DNA from: the human T2T-CHM13v2.0 reference genome, Homo sapiens
DNA: 64,000 bases
Reading direction: 5' to 3' (one strand)
NCBI RefSeq assembly: GCF_009914755.1
Contig: NC_060927.1
The notes under the pieces are model-generated. The model did no database searches. It was not told the origin of the DNA and worked only from the letters and a program-made list of their open reading frames with translations. Of the stretch, positions 27,301 to 43,104 are shown in pieces; position 1 is the stretch's first letter, and each line of letters starts with the position of its first letter. A program made the position numbers and the translations under genes.

Positions 27301-28642
27301 CTAATAAAGAAGGCAGCTAAAAGAAGTGAAAGTGGATAGAGAAATGACTAAGCAAAGCATGGGGCAATTCTTATTTTCCATTGTTGAAAACAAAATTAAA
27401 GCTCTGAATATTACTCTTAGAAAGGAAAGCTTTCATGCTACAGATCATGGTAAAATCAAGTTAATGCATATTTTGAGATGAATCCATTGTATAACTATGC
27501 ATATATTCGAAAAAGAATCATTCACTTAAAGTGTATGTGTGTGTGTTTGTATGCTTGCTCTTTGTGTATCTTGTATCAGTAAAATACATCCAGATAATAT
27601 ATCCAATTATCATGTAATAGGAAGCATTTTGGCAAAATATATCAGTAAGTCCAAAATAGCCTTTCTCTGTCCACATAAAATTCTGTCAATGGCCTAATTA
27701 TGTAGCATATCTCAAAGCCAGATTATTTTATTTGATAATTTACTACAAATGAAATTCATTTTCATATAATATCTCCAAGTTACATCTACAATGTTGTCTC
27801 CATAGACAAGTGTCAAAAGCAATGATTCTGAAAAATTTTGACTCTGGGAAATCAATCTTTCTAGCATGCAAGGAAGCTTTTGCACTGTTGCCATTTAAAA
27901 AGAAATGGAGTAAAATTTAGGGTGAGAGGGTTATACAATGTCCTTGAGGCTCTGAGCCTCTTTCTTTTCTAGTCTTGATTATCTATTTTCATCTTATCAT
28001 GTTCTCGTTGGAAAACACCTTAAACCTCTAGAAAGAGGCAGAAGTTAAAATAAATAAACACAAATATTCTAAGTTTTGATAATGGCTATGCAGAGAGTGA
28101 GAAATGATACTTGGGGAGAAGGCAAAGTGCATGATAGGACAGCTGCAATGCACTGGCAACTGCTCGTAGCTACCTCTCAAAAAAGTATTCATGATATGTT
28201 TTTCTCCATGACATCTGAAAACTCCTGAGAACAGGGACTGGACTTAATTATGACCTTCTTTATCCCCAGGGCCTACCAGATATTCTTGATCTAGACATTA
28301 TGACCAGATCTGTGCTGTTTCTCACTTTATTACAGGGACAGGAGTGAAGTGTCCAGGCTCATCAACAGTCTGTGTGCAAAGTTACAGAAAATTTCTTCTC
28401 ACAGCCTTTGAGAGAGAAAATTCTATGGTGAGACTTTGAGGCATAATTTGACTGTGTACTGCAAAGACAACATTTTAAATTTTGTTATATCGCATGTCTT
28501 ATTTATATCTAGATTACTGGAAATTTATAAGTGACTATAATCTGTGCTATCGTTTCTAGTTTGGAAATGCATAGAATCTTGTGTGGCTGACTAGCTGTCT
28601 TAGACTAGTTTATAATTAGGTAAACTTCTACAAGTAGCTAAC

Positions 28643-29775
28643 CTTTATTGTGGTAAAATATATGTAACATAAAATCTACCATCTTAACCATTTTCAGATG
28701 TACAGTTCATTGGTATTGGGTACATTCACATTGTTGTGCAGTGACACCACCATCCAACGCCGGAACTTTTTCATCTTCCCAGGCTGCAACTCTGTACTCA
28801 TTAAATACCAACTCTCCCTTCCTCACTTTCCCTGACCCCTGGTAATGTCTATTCTACTTTCTGTCTCTATGACTATTCTGCTTATCTCACATGAGTAGAA
28901 TCACACAATATATGTCATTTTGTGATTGTTTTATTCAACTTAGCATAATGTTTTCAAGGTTCATTCATATTGAAACATGTACCAGAATTTCATTCCTTTT
29001 TAAGATGGAGCAATATTTCGTTTTGTGCATGCGTGCATATGTGTGTTTACACCACATATTATATACTTATCCATTCATCCATTAATGGGCATTTTGGCTG
29101 TCTCCACCTATTGGCTATTGTGATTAATGCTGCTAAGAACATTGATATACAAATATCTGTTTCAATCCTTTCTATTATTTTGGGAATGTATCTAGAAGTG
29201 GAAATTCTGGATCATGTGGTAATTCTAGGTTTAATATGTTTGAAGAAATTCCATAATATTTTTCCCAGGGGTAGCACCAGCTTACATTTCCACCAACGGT
29301 GCGCAAGGGTTCCAATGTATCCACATCCTCATCAACACGTGTTACTTTGTTTTCTTTTTTGTGTGCATTTATTACTCTTTCTTATTGATACATAATAGAT
29401 GTACATATCTTCAGGGCACATGTGATAATTTCATACATTCATATAATGTGTAAAGTTCGAATCATGGTAATTGGGATATCTATCACTTTCAATATTTATC
29501 TTGTGTTTATGCTAGAAACATAGAATTATCCTCTTCTAGCTATTCTGAAATTTACAGTAGATTATAGTTAACCATATTTGTTTTGCTTTGTTTTTCATAA
29601 CAGCCATCCTAATGCATGTGAAGCAGTGTCTTCTTGTGGTTTTGGTTGGCATTTCCTTAATGATTAGTAATGTTGAACATCTTTTCCTGTCCTTATTGGC
29701 CATTTGTATTTCTGCTTTAGAGAATTGTCTATTCAAGTCTTTTGCCCATTTTTTTATTGTGTTGTTTGGTTTTTC
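28643..29775 (-). mobile_element. L1MB-type 3' fragment with a nested L1MA 3' piece (~29370-29578)
   Basis: 'tttattgtggtaaaatatatgtaacataaaatctaccatcttaacc'; nested 'ttattgatacataatagatgtacata'. Confidence 0.85.
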
Positions 29776-29839
29776 TTATTATATTGCAAGCAGCTTTCTA
29801 CAAAAAGAAAAAAAATTTTTCTAGATCCAACTTCTAAAG

Positions 29840-30042
29840 TTAGAGTTGGCAAACTATCACAGTGGGGTCTCTGTTGTTATAAGTAAAGTCTTATTAGAAC
29901 ATAGCCACGCTCATTTATCGATGCAATGTCTACCGCTGTTTTCATGCTACAAAGGCACAGTTAAGTAATTAGAGACCATATGGACCACAGGCCTAAAATA
30001 TGTACTGTCTTTATCTTTACATAAAAAGTTTGTCAACCACTG
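29840..30042. mobile_element. MER58A hAT-Charlie DNA transposon
   Basis: TIRs 'gttggcaaact'/'agtttgtcaac'; perfect 8-bp TSD TTCTAAAG (29832-29839, 30043-30050). Confidence 0.88.
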
Positions 30043-30165
30043 TTCTAAAGATGTCATCTGGTTGAGCTATTGCTAAAGAAGTACCTGGAAATAAGAATTA
30101 TATCTTTTTTTCTGTTTTTAAGATTTTTAGCCTGTACAATGTAGTCCATGGTCATCCCTATAGTT

Positions 30166-30280
30166 TATGGTTGCCAGATAAAATACAGCAAGGGACATAC
30201 TTGCACTAAAACACATTTGTTATCTGAAATTCACATTTACGTAGGTATCCTGTAATTTATTTGCCTAACCTGCAACCCTA
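30166..30280. mobile_element. MER53 hAT element, internally deleted
   Basis: 'ggttgccagataaaataca'...'tatctgaaattca'...'gcaacccta'. Confidence 0.7.
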
Positions 30281-31149
30281 CTGTGGTTTCATGAAACCAG
30301 GATCAGTAATGAGCCCTACCCGTTTTAAGAAGCAGGAATAGTTTTTAACAAGTTTTACATCTTTTCCTCAACATCTGCAATTATTTATTCCTACTACTTC
30401 CTCTTCCTAGAAGGTTTTTTGCCATGTCGTCTGGCTTCTACTCCTATTCTACTTTGATACTCAGAACCATGTGAAACCTTTATGGATCATACCCCAGCAG
30501 AGGTTGGATGCCCCTTCTCTATGATCTCATTGAACACTCTTAAAAATAATAAACAAGAGCTAAGACACAGTTGCAGGTTTCTATGTGTTAGGTACTTGAG
30601 AACATATCATAGGGCCTCAACAAATAGTGGATGAATGGACTTAAGACAAGTGGGATAGGGCATAAGTTAAATCACTGATGGACACCTCTTTTGCCCCCTC
30701 TTTAATTATCCTGAACAGCCAGACTTGTTCTCAGCTGTTTAAGAAGTTGCATGAAACTGGCTTCTGCTCTGTCTCTCTACCATCACCCTTCTGGGCCTTC
30801 CCCTCAGCCCTATGCACATGGTGTTCCTCTTGCTGCATCTAGGACCACAGCATCCCAGCAACACATAGTTCCCAATACACTTACCTATTGTTATCCACCA
30901 AAATTTATCCTTCTTGTGTCCCAATCCTTCAAGATGCCAGCTTTTGCTCCTTAGGGATAATGGATGCTAAAATATTTGCTGCAAATATATGTTAACTTAC
31001 ATGCTCTTGCTTGTAATGGAAAGATCTTTAGGATGAGTCTTAGGAGGGGTGCTAATCTTATGAAGAATTTTACAGTTGGGTTTTTTAAAATCTGACTCAG
31101 AGGCAGCAGCTAGGGCCACATACAAGGGAAAAATCTCCCTCATTTGGCT

Positions 31150-31610
31150 GTTCTGCCAGTCTTTGCCTATTTGCCCCTTAATGTATTCCTTGTGCTTCTC
31201 TTCTGCTCTCTGCTGTAAGGGACTGACTCTACAATCTACAGTCCCCAAGGCTCCTTGCCAAGTGACATCCAGTAAGGGTCAGCCAGCAAGAGGCTCCATG
31301 GAGAACCCACAGTATTTGTCTCCCTCTCCGTTTGTTATGGGCTGTATCTCTTGCAGTGGCTGTGTCTTCACTGTGGTTTCAGTTCATGCAGGGCAGCCCT
31401 GGCTCCTGAGCTCTGGCACCACCATCTCCTCCTTTTGTTCCTCAAGCCTCAGAGTGATAATGGCTTCTGGCAGTTGCTAACCATGAAGATGCCTCCCATC
31501 TCATTTGGCTTTTGAACCATTCTGTCATCCTTCTAACTAGTTGCTTCCATTCTACTCTTGCTACTGAATTCCTGGCATACTTTGTTTTGTTGACTGGACC
31601 CTGACGGATA
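31150..31610 (-). mobile_element. LTR33-like ERVL LTR
   Basis: 'ctctgctgtaagggactgactctac'...'gactggaccctgacggata'. Confidence 0.5.
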
Positions 31611-31799
31611 AAACTCTCCTTCAGGAAGGGGGTTGGAGAAAGCCTGCCATTAGCCCCTAGGACAGTTCCATGGCTAGGAGAAAAGGGACTGCCCCATATT
31701 CCTCAGAATCCTAATCCTACATGTATTCATTCTAGATTTGAATAAAGCAAGGTAAGAAGAGGAGGATTAGGGAGGAAAGGCAGGGAGAAATGTCACCAA

Positions 31800-32000
31800 T
31801 ATTCACTTATTACTTACATGCCTAGGATTTTTAATTGCTCCTTAGAATGATCCTTCACGGTAAGTATTATTATCCTCAAGGATTGAAGAACAACCATTTA
31901 AGGGAAGCAATGAAGAGCTTTTGCTTTGAAAGGTTGAGCTGCATTTCCAAGGTTACAAAGCTAGTGAACCTTGTGCTGTAACTTCAACCTAGACGGGTCT
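31800..32000 (-). mobile_element. MIR fragment
   Basis: 'ggtaagtattattatcctc'...'ccaaggttacaaagctagtga'. Confidence 0.55.
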
Positions 32001-32681
32001 TTTTCTACTTTGCCTTACTGAAAAGAAAGAATTTTTTTGAAAAGGCAAAAACTGGAATTGACAAAATCAAATTATGCAAAAATAATTGCTCAACTTTTAC
32101 ACAATTCTGAAATAATTCCTTAAGCCTAGATTTCTTTACATTCACGTATGATGAAGAAATTGATGTATTTTCTGCAAAACTAATTGGAATTAACCAGATA
32201 GACAACTTTAGATGATACATGTTCTAAAAGTTAATGTCATGTCCAGAAACCTTATTATCTCATAGTATTTTATGATGCTATCAGGTGGCCCTGTGAGCCT
32301 ATCAGTCTATATTCATTAATCCCTAGAAGATCTAACTCCAGCTGACCATGAAATTAAGCACATTTTTAGATGACCACTGGGGACAGGTCAATGACAGATA
32401 TTAAGAGTCACTCCAACTCCACAGGTACATCTGAACACAGAGGGCTAGCTTGTCTACCTTTGGTATTGAGTAATGTTCCATTGGCTTCATTAAGCTCATG
32501 TTGACTCAATAATTTTTCTAGTGAACTCAGAGCCAAAAATAGGTACTTTATATTATCTGTTAGAGTTCAAGATAATTGCGTAATTATTGTGGTATCTGAA
32601 AGCCATTGAATAATTGTAGCCATGTTATTTTAACATGAAAAAATAGGAAAGTCTTAAAACAAATGTGCAAATGAATAATAC

Positions 32682-32986
<305 letters not shown>

Positions 32987-33277
32987 ATTACTACGTTTTA
33001 ACAATCTAATATGTGTCCTACCATATAGATGCATAAATGCAGTATAAACACTAAAAATAAATTTAGAGCTGAATGGAGTATTGGAAATAGCTTAGTATAT
33101 TCCCTTACTTTTATAAATAAAGACACTTTGGCCAAGGGAAGTAAAGGTACATACACAGGACATATATATATGCATGTATATATATTCAGGTGTGTGCAAT
33201 GGGTATGAATACACACCATTATATACATGCACTCACATGCTCTCTCTCTATGTGTGTGTGTGTGTATATATATATAT

Positions 33278-33395
33278 ATGCTCATTAAGCATCACATATA
33301 TAAGCATCATATATGTAAGCATCTATATAAGCATCATATGTAATATATCATATACAAGCATCATATATACAAGCTCATTAAGCATCATATAGCAT
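33278..33395. repeat. degenerate AAGCATCATATA tandem repeat
   Basis: about 8 imperfect copies lying between two inverted arms. Confidence 0.75.
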
Positions 33396-36309
33396 GTATA
33401 TAATGGTGTATATTCATATACATCATACACACCTGAATAGATATTTATGCACATATATACATGCAAACACACAGAGGGAGGGAGGAGAGAGAGAGAGAGA
33501 GGATGAATGTACAGCTATTGAAGTATATGTTGGCAGTGTGCTAGAAATGATGATGAAAACAGCAGGTATCAGGATTTTTGGTTAGAAGGAAAGCTGACTT
33601 TGGACTGCTGAGCCTTCTGAGAAGGTGAGGTCTTGATGAATTGGGTTAGAGAGAACCAAATAGCTCTGCACAGGAAATAAACAGGATATGGAGGTGAAAT
33701 AATAAGAGAAGGGAGAAAGAAAACTGAAGAAAGAAGAGAGTGAAGTTGATGATATGCCAACTGGTCAAAAGAATTTAACAGCAGATATTCTGGATATTTA
33801 ACTAACTTATGTATTTAACGTATTTGTGGTTGCTCTGGTATAGGGGCCCTCCAGAGCCTCTAACTTTCAGTCAAGTCTGCTATGCACACAGTGCCAAACG
33901 GCTCTATGTAGATTTGGGGTAAAATCAAGGAAAAGAAGCTGAGACCTGTAAGTAGAGTGGCATGGGGTAGGGAGAACAGGCCACCGGACATGAGATTTCA
34001 GTGAGATCAAGTCGGTGAGAATGAGATCTGACTATAAACAGGGACCATGAGCCGGCAAACCCTGGCAAAGATTTAGAGAACTGGGAAGAACAAATGAGGG
34101 GCCAGGGGCCTAAACTGTTTCATGGTCTGTGAACACGCATGCATGCAAATCCAATCTGTATGCAGCAGAGATTTCAGTGGATTTTTTGGTGTTTGGGATT
34201 GATGGCAGCAGAGTCGGAGAAGGTGGTAATGTGATCTGAGATTTGGGGCTCTCTTGGGCAGTCAGTTGAGAGCCATAATTCCAGTTTCCCCAGAGAGGTA
34301 ACAGATAAGACAGAAGACATGATGGCCAGGGAGGGAATGCCTGCTGGGGACAGGAAAGATTTATCCTGAAACCATAAGGGTTAGCTGAGGAAAGAGGAGC
34401 TATGGAATGATTGCTCAATCATCTTAATGTCCTAAAGCTCCAAACCCTTGTTCATCTTTCTGCTACAGATATTTACCTAATACCATCTCAGAAAACTAGC
34501 AGGATTTGTGTCCTGCCAAGCCAAGTTAAAGGCTAAAAGCCATGTGCCACTATCAGCAGGGAAAGGAAGGTAGGAGGTGGAAGACATGTTTAAATGGAGC
34601 CAGCATGTTCACTCCAGGGGACTGACTGGGAATGGCTGTCGGGTGCAGTGAGGGGCCACATTTGAAATCTAGGGTTCCTTCAGAATCTCTGGAAAATGTG
34701 TTTGTTTATCTGGTTGTCTTCTCAACTTATGCATGCTCCCATTGGCTCTGTTCCTTCCTCTCACTTCACCAGGTGGTTTTGGTGGGAATTAAAAGGATCA
34801 CCAAAAAGAATTTTAAAAACGCATGGGACAAAAACAACTCAAACTAGCTTATGTGAAAAGGGAATGTCTTGGTTCCCACAACTGGAAAGCGCAGGTGGGG
34901 ATACCTTTACACTAGGCTGAGTAGGGCTTAGTCTCTTTGTCCAGCCCTGCCTCCACCTTCCTCCATGAATTTGCAGACTGTCTTTCCAGGAGAGGAAGAT
35001 AGATCTCAACACTCCCAACTTTACCTCCCACTAGCTTAGCAACTCCTTTGGGAATTAAGATCCTTTTCTTTGCAAACCTACTTTACAAATCTGCAAATGA
35101 TCTTTTGATTGATATTTGAGACACATCTACCAAGTACTTATGGAGCTCTTATTTCAAACGACTATTCTAGGACCAAGAAGGCAAAGCCCTTTCTCTTGTG
35201 AAGTTATCTGTTTATGTACTGTTTGCAAGAGGAAAAGGAACAATGTGGATTAGATGCTTACCTACGTAGGATCATGGTGTGGAGGGGACACTGCAACTGG
35301 CAGTGCCAATCAGACATCATGGACTGAGGTAGGGACAGTTTTCCAAATGACACCGTGTGTTGAACACGCAGAACAGTTGATGCATCATATACCATCTCAC
35401 TTCCTGTTTCACTCTTAATACATTCCAGAACGGTAACCTCAAGCCCACCAGCTGCATTTTAGCATTCAGACAGGAAAGAATGCCAATGGAGGCTTCTTTC
35501 TGGAACAGCTCTTCCAATTACTGATAAATCACACAAAGTGTAGGGTAAATATGAGGAATATTGCCCACAATCTCCAAGTCGGCAAACTAGGTAAACGAGT
35601 TGGCATCTTGGCAGCTGGTCTCGTTTGCATTTATAAATTAAGTTTTTAATACTCACATTTGTAGAGGTGATTTTTTTTCTGGCATTTGACTTTTGTCTCA
35701 GAAACAAAATGTCATGGTATTTTTTAAAGTGCATAGATTTGAAGCAAATGCAAAGCAACTGCCTTCTGGCTTGGAAAATAACCAGACTACACTCATCTTG
35801 AGACGGGATGGAATGAGAGACTGGGAAAGTGCTTATAGTTGCTTTTAATGGGCATACCTTGGGTTACCTGTTATTTTGAAATTCCAAATACTTTTAACAC
35901 GGCCTATGTCTGGAGGAACATTGGAAATACAATTTGCAATGCCTGAGAGATTCAGGAAACCGGAAATTATATTCACAAGAGAATAAGCAGGTCTTATAGG
36001 TGCCACAGACACTAGGTTAGGGGTTCCTAAATAAATAGCTTATTTATTTCACTGAATGTCAAATAAAGTCATGTGGCCATGAATCTGAGCTAGAAGGATG
36101 ACAGGAATATTCAGTGCATGACAGCAGCGTTGACTCCATTAACAACCCTGGGCAGTGCCCTTCATGAACACTTATCTTTCTATCTAAATCTGCTTGATCA
36201 CTTCTCTTCTTCCTTTACTAGATTTTAAGTTCTGCGAGGACAGAGGCCAAATGTTTCTTACTTGTCTTTGAAATCCCAAGGCCCAGCAAGATATTTTGCA
36301 CATAATAAT

Positions 36310-36560
36310 GATGACAATGAAGAAAACTAGCATTTATTGAATGGTTATCATATTCTAAGCATTATATTGATCACTTTAATGAATTAATTCTTTTAGTCCT
36401 CATAATATACATGATACTATTATACCATTATTTTCTACTCTTGTTACGAAGAAGGAAACCAAGGAACACAGGAGTGAAGTGATTTGTCCAAAGTCATATG
36501 CTATGAAATAAAAGATTTCAGACTGAAGTGCAGGCAATTTGGCTCAAGAGCCAGAGCTCA
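36310..36560 (-). mobile_element. MIR SINE
   Basis: 'agcatttattga...gaaggaaaccaaggaacaca..gtgaagtgatttgtccaaagtcata'. Confidence 0.7.
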
Positions 36561-36662
36561 AATGTTTCTGTTGTTTGAATGAAGAGAGCTCTCTCACAAA
36601 CCAAGCAATCTCTCGCGATGACTTTTTGTCTCATGAGAGGGAGGAAAAGAAAGAGCCATCTG

Positions 36663-36966
36663 GGTCCGGGCTCAGTGGCTCACACCTGTAATCCCAGCAC
36701 TTTGGGAGGCCGAGAGGGGTGGATCGCCTGAGGTCAGGAGTTTGAGACCAGCCTGGCCAACATGGCAAAACCCCATCTCTACTAAAAATACAAAAATTAG
36801 CTAGGCATGGTGGTGGTGGACTCTTGTAATCAAAGCTACTTCAGAGGCTGAGGCAGGAGAATCGCTTGAACCCGGGGGGCGGAGGTTGCAGTGAGCAGAG
36901 ATCGTGCCATTTCACTCCAGCCTGGGCGTAAGAGAGAAACTCCATCTCGGGGAAAAAAAAAAAAAA
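36663..36966 (+). mobile_element. AluS (Sx/Sz-like), full length
   Basis: complete dimer plus polyA; TSD aagagccatctgg/aaaagccatcagg. Confidence 0.95.
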
Positions 36967-37585
36967 GCCATCAGGATCCTGGCTATGAGTAGAGATTTGG
37001 GAAGTGAACTACTCTTGGGACTTGTTTCACTAAAATCAAACAGGTAGATCAACTAGTGGCTTGACTAGGTGAAGATTTTTCTTAATTATTTTAATTTAAA
37101 AGTTTTAAAATCAAAGTAATACATTGCTTGGAAACAATGTTCTAGTCTACCCCTCCTAACCCCAGACTTGTTTGGGAAAGAATCCATTTCAAACTCTCCT
37201 GCTAGTTATCTTCATACAGCTCGAACTTGATAATCAAGATCGAGTTTAGTCATTATTTATTGATTCCCATGATAAAAGGGAAGGAGTTGGTCTACTTGTA
37301 TCATTCCTACTTCCCCTCCCCATTTAGATAGTTCAGCATTTTTACATTTTCTGTGAGGTACTTTTAAATTTTTAAGTAATACCCTAGGTAGTCTCTAACA
37401 TCTACTCCGTGCCTTATAAGATGAAGTTAGCTGCACCTCTTCTTTTTTTTCTTCAGCTTCTGCCTCTTTTTTCCACTGCAACTTTTGCTTTCACTTTAAT
37501 ATAATTAAGCTGGATAACTTTTACACCTTGTCTTTCCTGCTGTATCTAGAGACTGATCTTAAAATTGTATATCAAGAATGTTGAT

Positions 37586-38527
<942 letters not shown>

Positions 38528-38839
38528 CTATGTTTATATTTTTATTATCTGGAGAAATTATTCACTATGGAGATAATATATATACTATTATTTTATTTTT
38601 AATTTTTTTTTCCTGGAGTTCCTCATTTTTATCCATTTCCTACTTGCTTTTATCATATGTCTGTTACTCTCTTGGGCTCTCTATTACATCAAATTTTTCT
38701 ATTGACTTCCTGGGACTTCCAGCTCCTGCTCTGAATTATTTGCTGTGCAACTACCATTTTGGGACTTCCCTTTAAGCTGTTCCTGTTCTGGACTCACTGT
38801 TTTTCAAATCTTATGCTCTCCTTTTTTTGGTACTGGTTC

Positions 38840-39213
38840 TGTGTTGGTCAGAATAGACTCCTTTATGCTGAAGTAACAACAACCTACAACCTCAATGGCT
38901 CAAAACCCCAAGTTTCATTGCCTACTCAGAGTGCACGTCCACTTCAGATTGGCGTGGCTCTGCCTGACTCTCCCATTCTCAGAACCAGGCTGACAGAGCA
39001 GCATGCTGCCTGGCAAAGGAAAAGAAAACTTGGCCCATTTTGCATTGGCTGTAAGACATTCCACTTGAAACTGATACATGTCACTTTTATGTACATCTCA
39101 CTGGCCAAAGCAAGTCACATAGTTAAGTCTAACTTCAAAGAGGGGCAGATAAATGCAATCCTACTATGTGTCAAAGAAAAGACCTATTAGTAAACTGCCC
39201 TAATGACTACTAT
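38840..39213 (-). mobile_element. old MLT1 LTR
   Basis: 'ttatgctgaagtaacaac..ctcaatggctcaaaac'...'cactggccaaagcaagtcacat'. Confidence 0.6.
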
Positions 39214-39590
39214 ACTCGTTCATTTGCTTCATATCCTCAAGCAACTTTATAAAGAAATTACATATAGCATATAGGAGATAACATTCAAGCTCTTGCATGT
39301 CTGAAAATTGTCTGAGAATTTTCACTCTCATAAAGAAGTAATGAGGGCACTTGCTACTTCAGGTTATATTACAATCCACGAGGATCATAGGGAAGTAGGC
39401 CTTCTGAAAAAAAAAATAGGACCCAACAGAAGACAGGAAGTAGAGTAAGCATTGGAAAATTCAGATCATTTATTATCCCAAATAACTTGAAAAGATGGAA
39501 GTAGATTCAAACTTCTTTTGTTTGATTGTGGAAAAAGAAATTTAATCTTTTTTTTTAGAGCAAAGATTGGTGGATAGGAAAGTTCTAGAG

Positions 39591-39750
39591 TAGCCCTCTC
39601 CAATATAACTTTCCATGATGAGAGGAATATTCTATAATGTGTGCTACCCAATATTGTAACCACTAGCTGCATGTGGCTATTGAGTGCTTGGAATGTGGCT
39701 ACTCTAAATTGTGGAATTGTGCCACATGGCTAGTATATTGGACAGAGCAT
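39591..39750. mobile_element. MER3 hAT-Charlie element
   Basis: 'ccaatataactttccatgatgagaggaatattctata...atgtggctattgagtgcttggaatgtggcta...tattggacagagca'. Confidence 0.75.
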
Positions 39751-40608
39751 TTCAAGAGATTTCAAAAGAAATGTAGATCTCAAAAGAATTTCAAAAGAAA
39801 TTCAATAGGACAGTCTCAAAAATGACAATCTTACATTGCAGTCATAAAAAATTCTGAGGAAGAAAAAGGAGGAAAAAAGACTAAGACACTGGCACAGGCC
39901 CTGATGAGCTCACATATTAAAAGGGGCACACACAAAATATGGGAGGAGACGTTATCACATATAAGAATAGCGACAGAATGAATGAACACAGTCATATAGT
40001 ATAGACCAAATTTCTTGGTAAAACTTCTAAGAAAAACAAAAGATTTTTATTCTGTCTTTTGATAATGCAGAAGAAGAAAACGAACAAGGGTATAATGAGG
40101 TACGCTGCATGGGGTGACAGTGTGGTTACTCAGAAAAGAGAGGCATGTCCCAATGCTTTGCTTATCTTCGTCTTTCTTCCCAAGCAGACTATCAGTTGGT
40201 TTACAGATAAGGGGAAGAAATTTGTAGGAAAGCTCCTAGGTCTTCCAGTGGAATTAAATTTTCTGGCCCAAACCTAAGGTCATGATTCTCAAAGTTGAAA
40301 GTACAAAATCATCACTTGGAGTCTTTGTTAATCATTCAAAGTACCCAGAAAAACATAGAGGGTCTAACTCCCAGAGAGTGTGGGATACTCTCAGGGATCA
40401 CCATAAAGGTGCGCAGGATAAGTGCTAGAAAATCACTAACAGTATGACCGTCGAAGGGTCTCTAAAGTGGGCTGCGTGCACCCCTAACAGAAATGGAGGA
40501 TGAAAATGTTAGACCTAATTAGCCGTGGTGTTTCTCTTTTCTTCTTGAGAGAATCTATGTATATACAAACATATCTTAATCTCTTTTCTCTCTTGACACA
40601 AATGGTAG

Positions 40609-40936
<328 letters not shown>

Positions 40937-41024
40937 TCAATATTGTGTTTTTTTCCCACTTAAAAATATAAGTTGTTGGCCGCTTCCTACAACACATATT
41001 TATCTGCCTCATTACTTTTAGATA

Positions 41025-41245
41025 TAGAGAGGCAAGATGATGTAGGGGTTTTGAGCATCGACTCTGGGTTGAAATCCCCAGCTCTGTCACTTACTGGCTG
41101 TGTGACCTTGGCACTCTGGACCTTAGTTAGCTCATCTGTAAAGTGAAGGTAATAATAATAGTACCTATCTCATAGAGTTGAGTGAAGATAAAATGAGTTA
41201 ATTTAAGAAAAGTAATTAGAACAGTGTCTCATATATGGTATTATA
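41025..41245 (+). mobile_element. MIR SINE, near full length
   Basis: 'ctgggttgaaatccccagctctgtcacttactggctgtgtgaccttgg...ctcatctgtaaagtga..taataatagtacctatctcatag'. Confidence 0.85.
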
Positions 41246-43104
41246 GAAAAGGATCAGGTGATTCTGATGGTAGTGGGCCAGGTAACATACTTGGAGAATG
41301 TCTGTCCTAAAATAATGTAGTTTCATTCATTTATTCATATGTTAGGTATTTACCACATCAAATAATGAATATATAGAAGTGAATTCTTGCCTTCACAAAG
41401 CTGAGACTCCATCATAGCACAATCATGCAATATTGTCATCCCCACATCCACCCAATTAGTCTGGAAACCTGTGTTTCTTTTCTTCTCTATTTTCTTAATG
41501 GGATAATAAGGTATGCTCAGTAAATGCTTAACAATAGAAGTAATGGTAAATTTGTGATCATATAGACATGACCTCAAATACTGGTTATGCAACGGGGATT
41601 CAGGGACTCTAAAAATAAATGAAGATTTATAAAACCTGGCCACTCCTGGCAAACTTGTGAGGCTGAACCATCTTCTGGCTCAGACGTTCCCCTTTTCTCT
41701 GATCCTCTCTCCAGCCACAATTTACTTTGGAGACGAGGGTCTGATACACTATCTCAGCAGAGAACCCCCCTGCCCCATGCTAAAATATCTCCTACCTTTC
41801 CCCAAATCTGGATAACTTAGCTCTTGCTCTCAGCCAAAGGTATCAGTTCCCAAAATTAACACAGCAAAATGTTGATGATTTGTAACTGTTTACTGTGCGT
41901 ATGTGCCATTCCAAGAGAAGATGCTCATTAAAGCAGAAGCAATGAATTGCTTTATTGATTGAAATCTAAGCAAATTAATATCTAATAGTAAAGTTTTAGA
42001 AAGTATACTCTACTTCAAGGAACTCATTTTTGAATCCCGGACCTTTCCCGGGACTTTTACAGCATGTAGATGAATGTGGTCACTCTCGATAATAGCAACA
42101 CCCCCCTCCCTCCATGCAGTTGCTAGTGCATTAAATCATACAAAACCTTAAACCTTCCACTTACTAAAACTCTCTGTGGGCTCGGTTCGCTATTCCTGTT
42201 TTATAAATAAGGAAACTGGGGTATGTCCGGTTTAAACAATGTGATTACACTCAAAATGCCAGAAAGGGACAGAGTCAGAATCCAAACTCTTATCTTTAGC
42301 CTTGAGTTCCAGTCCCCTTCCCACCTCATTATAGCCAATGGGGATAGAGACTACTCGGGGAAAGACTATTATCAACATAATCTGCCCTTTGTCTCGGAAA
42401 ATCACACTCTCAGTCTGGTGGTTATCGTCATGAATCTAATCATCAGTTCCAGCATGCTGAACATGGCCATGATTGGTAAAATTCACACTGAAGCACAAAA
42501 AGGACGTCTGTCATCTCAACCGGAAATACAGTCCGGGTACAGCAAGCTTCCTAATTCAATAGCATTGGACCAGAAAGGCACCCTCTCTTTTCTGTAGCTT
42601 CATTGCCCTCCAGTGGGAAGATCTGACATTACACCCCAAAAGGACGGGCTGAATGGGGGCAGTGTTACTCACAGTCCTTTCTTAGAGTGTATGACATAAC
42701 CCCAACTCATAAGCTACGATGTGCCTGAGAATAACTCAGCCTTATGCATTATTGCCACGATGGGTCACAGTCTCAGATTAAGATGTAGGAGCCTCCTTGC
42801 AGCCTCAGGATGCCGAATTATATCATAGATCATTTTGCCCCTTTATTTTGAATTGTGCATGATTCCTACATTTCAGGGGATTGCCTCCTTACACGCACAA
42901 ACATCACACACACATCATAGAAAGCAACAGCTGGACCTGAAAGTTATCCAGCACAGAGATTGCAAACAGGAAAGACTGGGACTGTGGAAGTGTTTTGCAT
43001 GCCCTGCACAACGTTTTACTTGTTTATATGCTATTTTTCTAAAATAAATTTAAATGCTTCTAGGTAGATTTGCACTCTCCAGTTGCTCACAGTTTTTACC
43101 ACTT

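Noticed and set aside
28970-29395. 141-aa ORF (also 11517, 12037, 48829)
   Set aside because: Antisense-frame read of decayed L1 3' sequence.
39749-39808. Short ATTTCAAAAGA reiteration beside MER3
   Set aside because: About five imperfect copies; ordinary slippage with no further structure.
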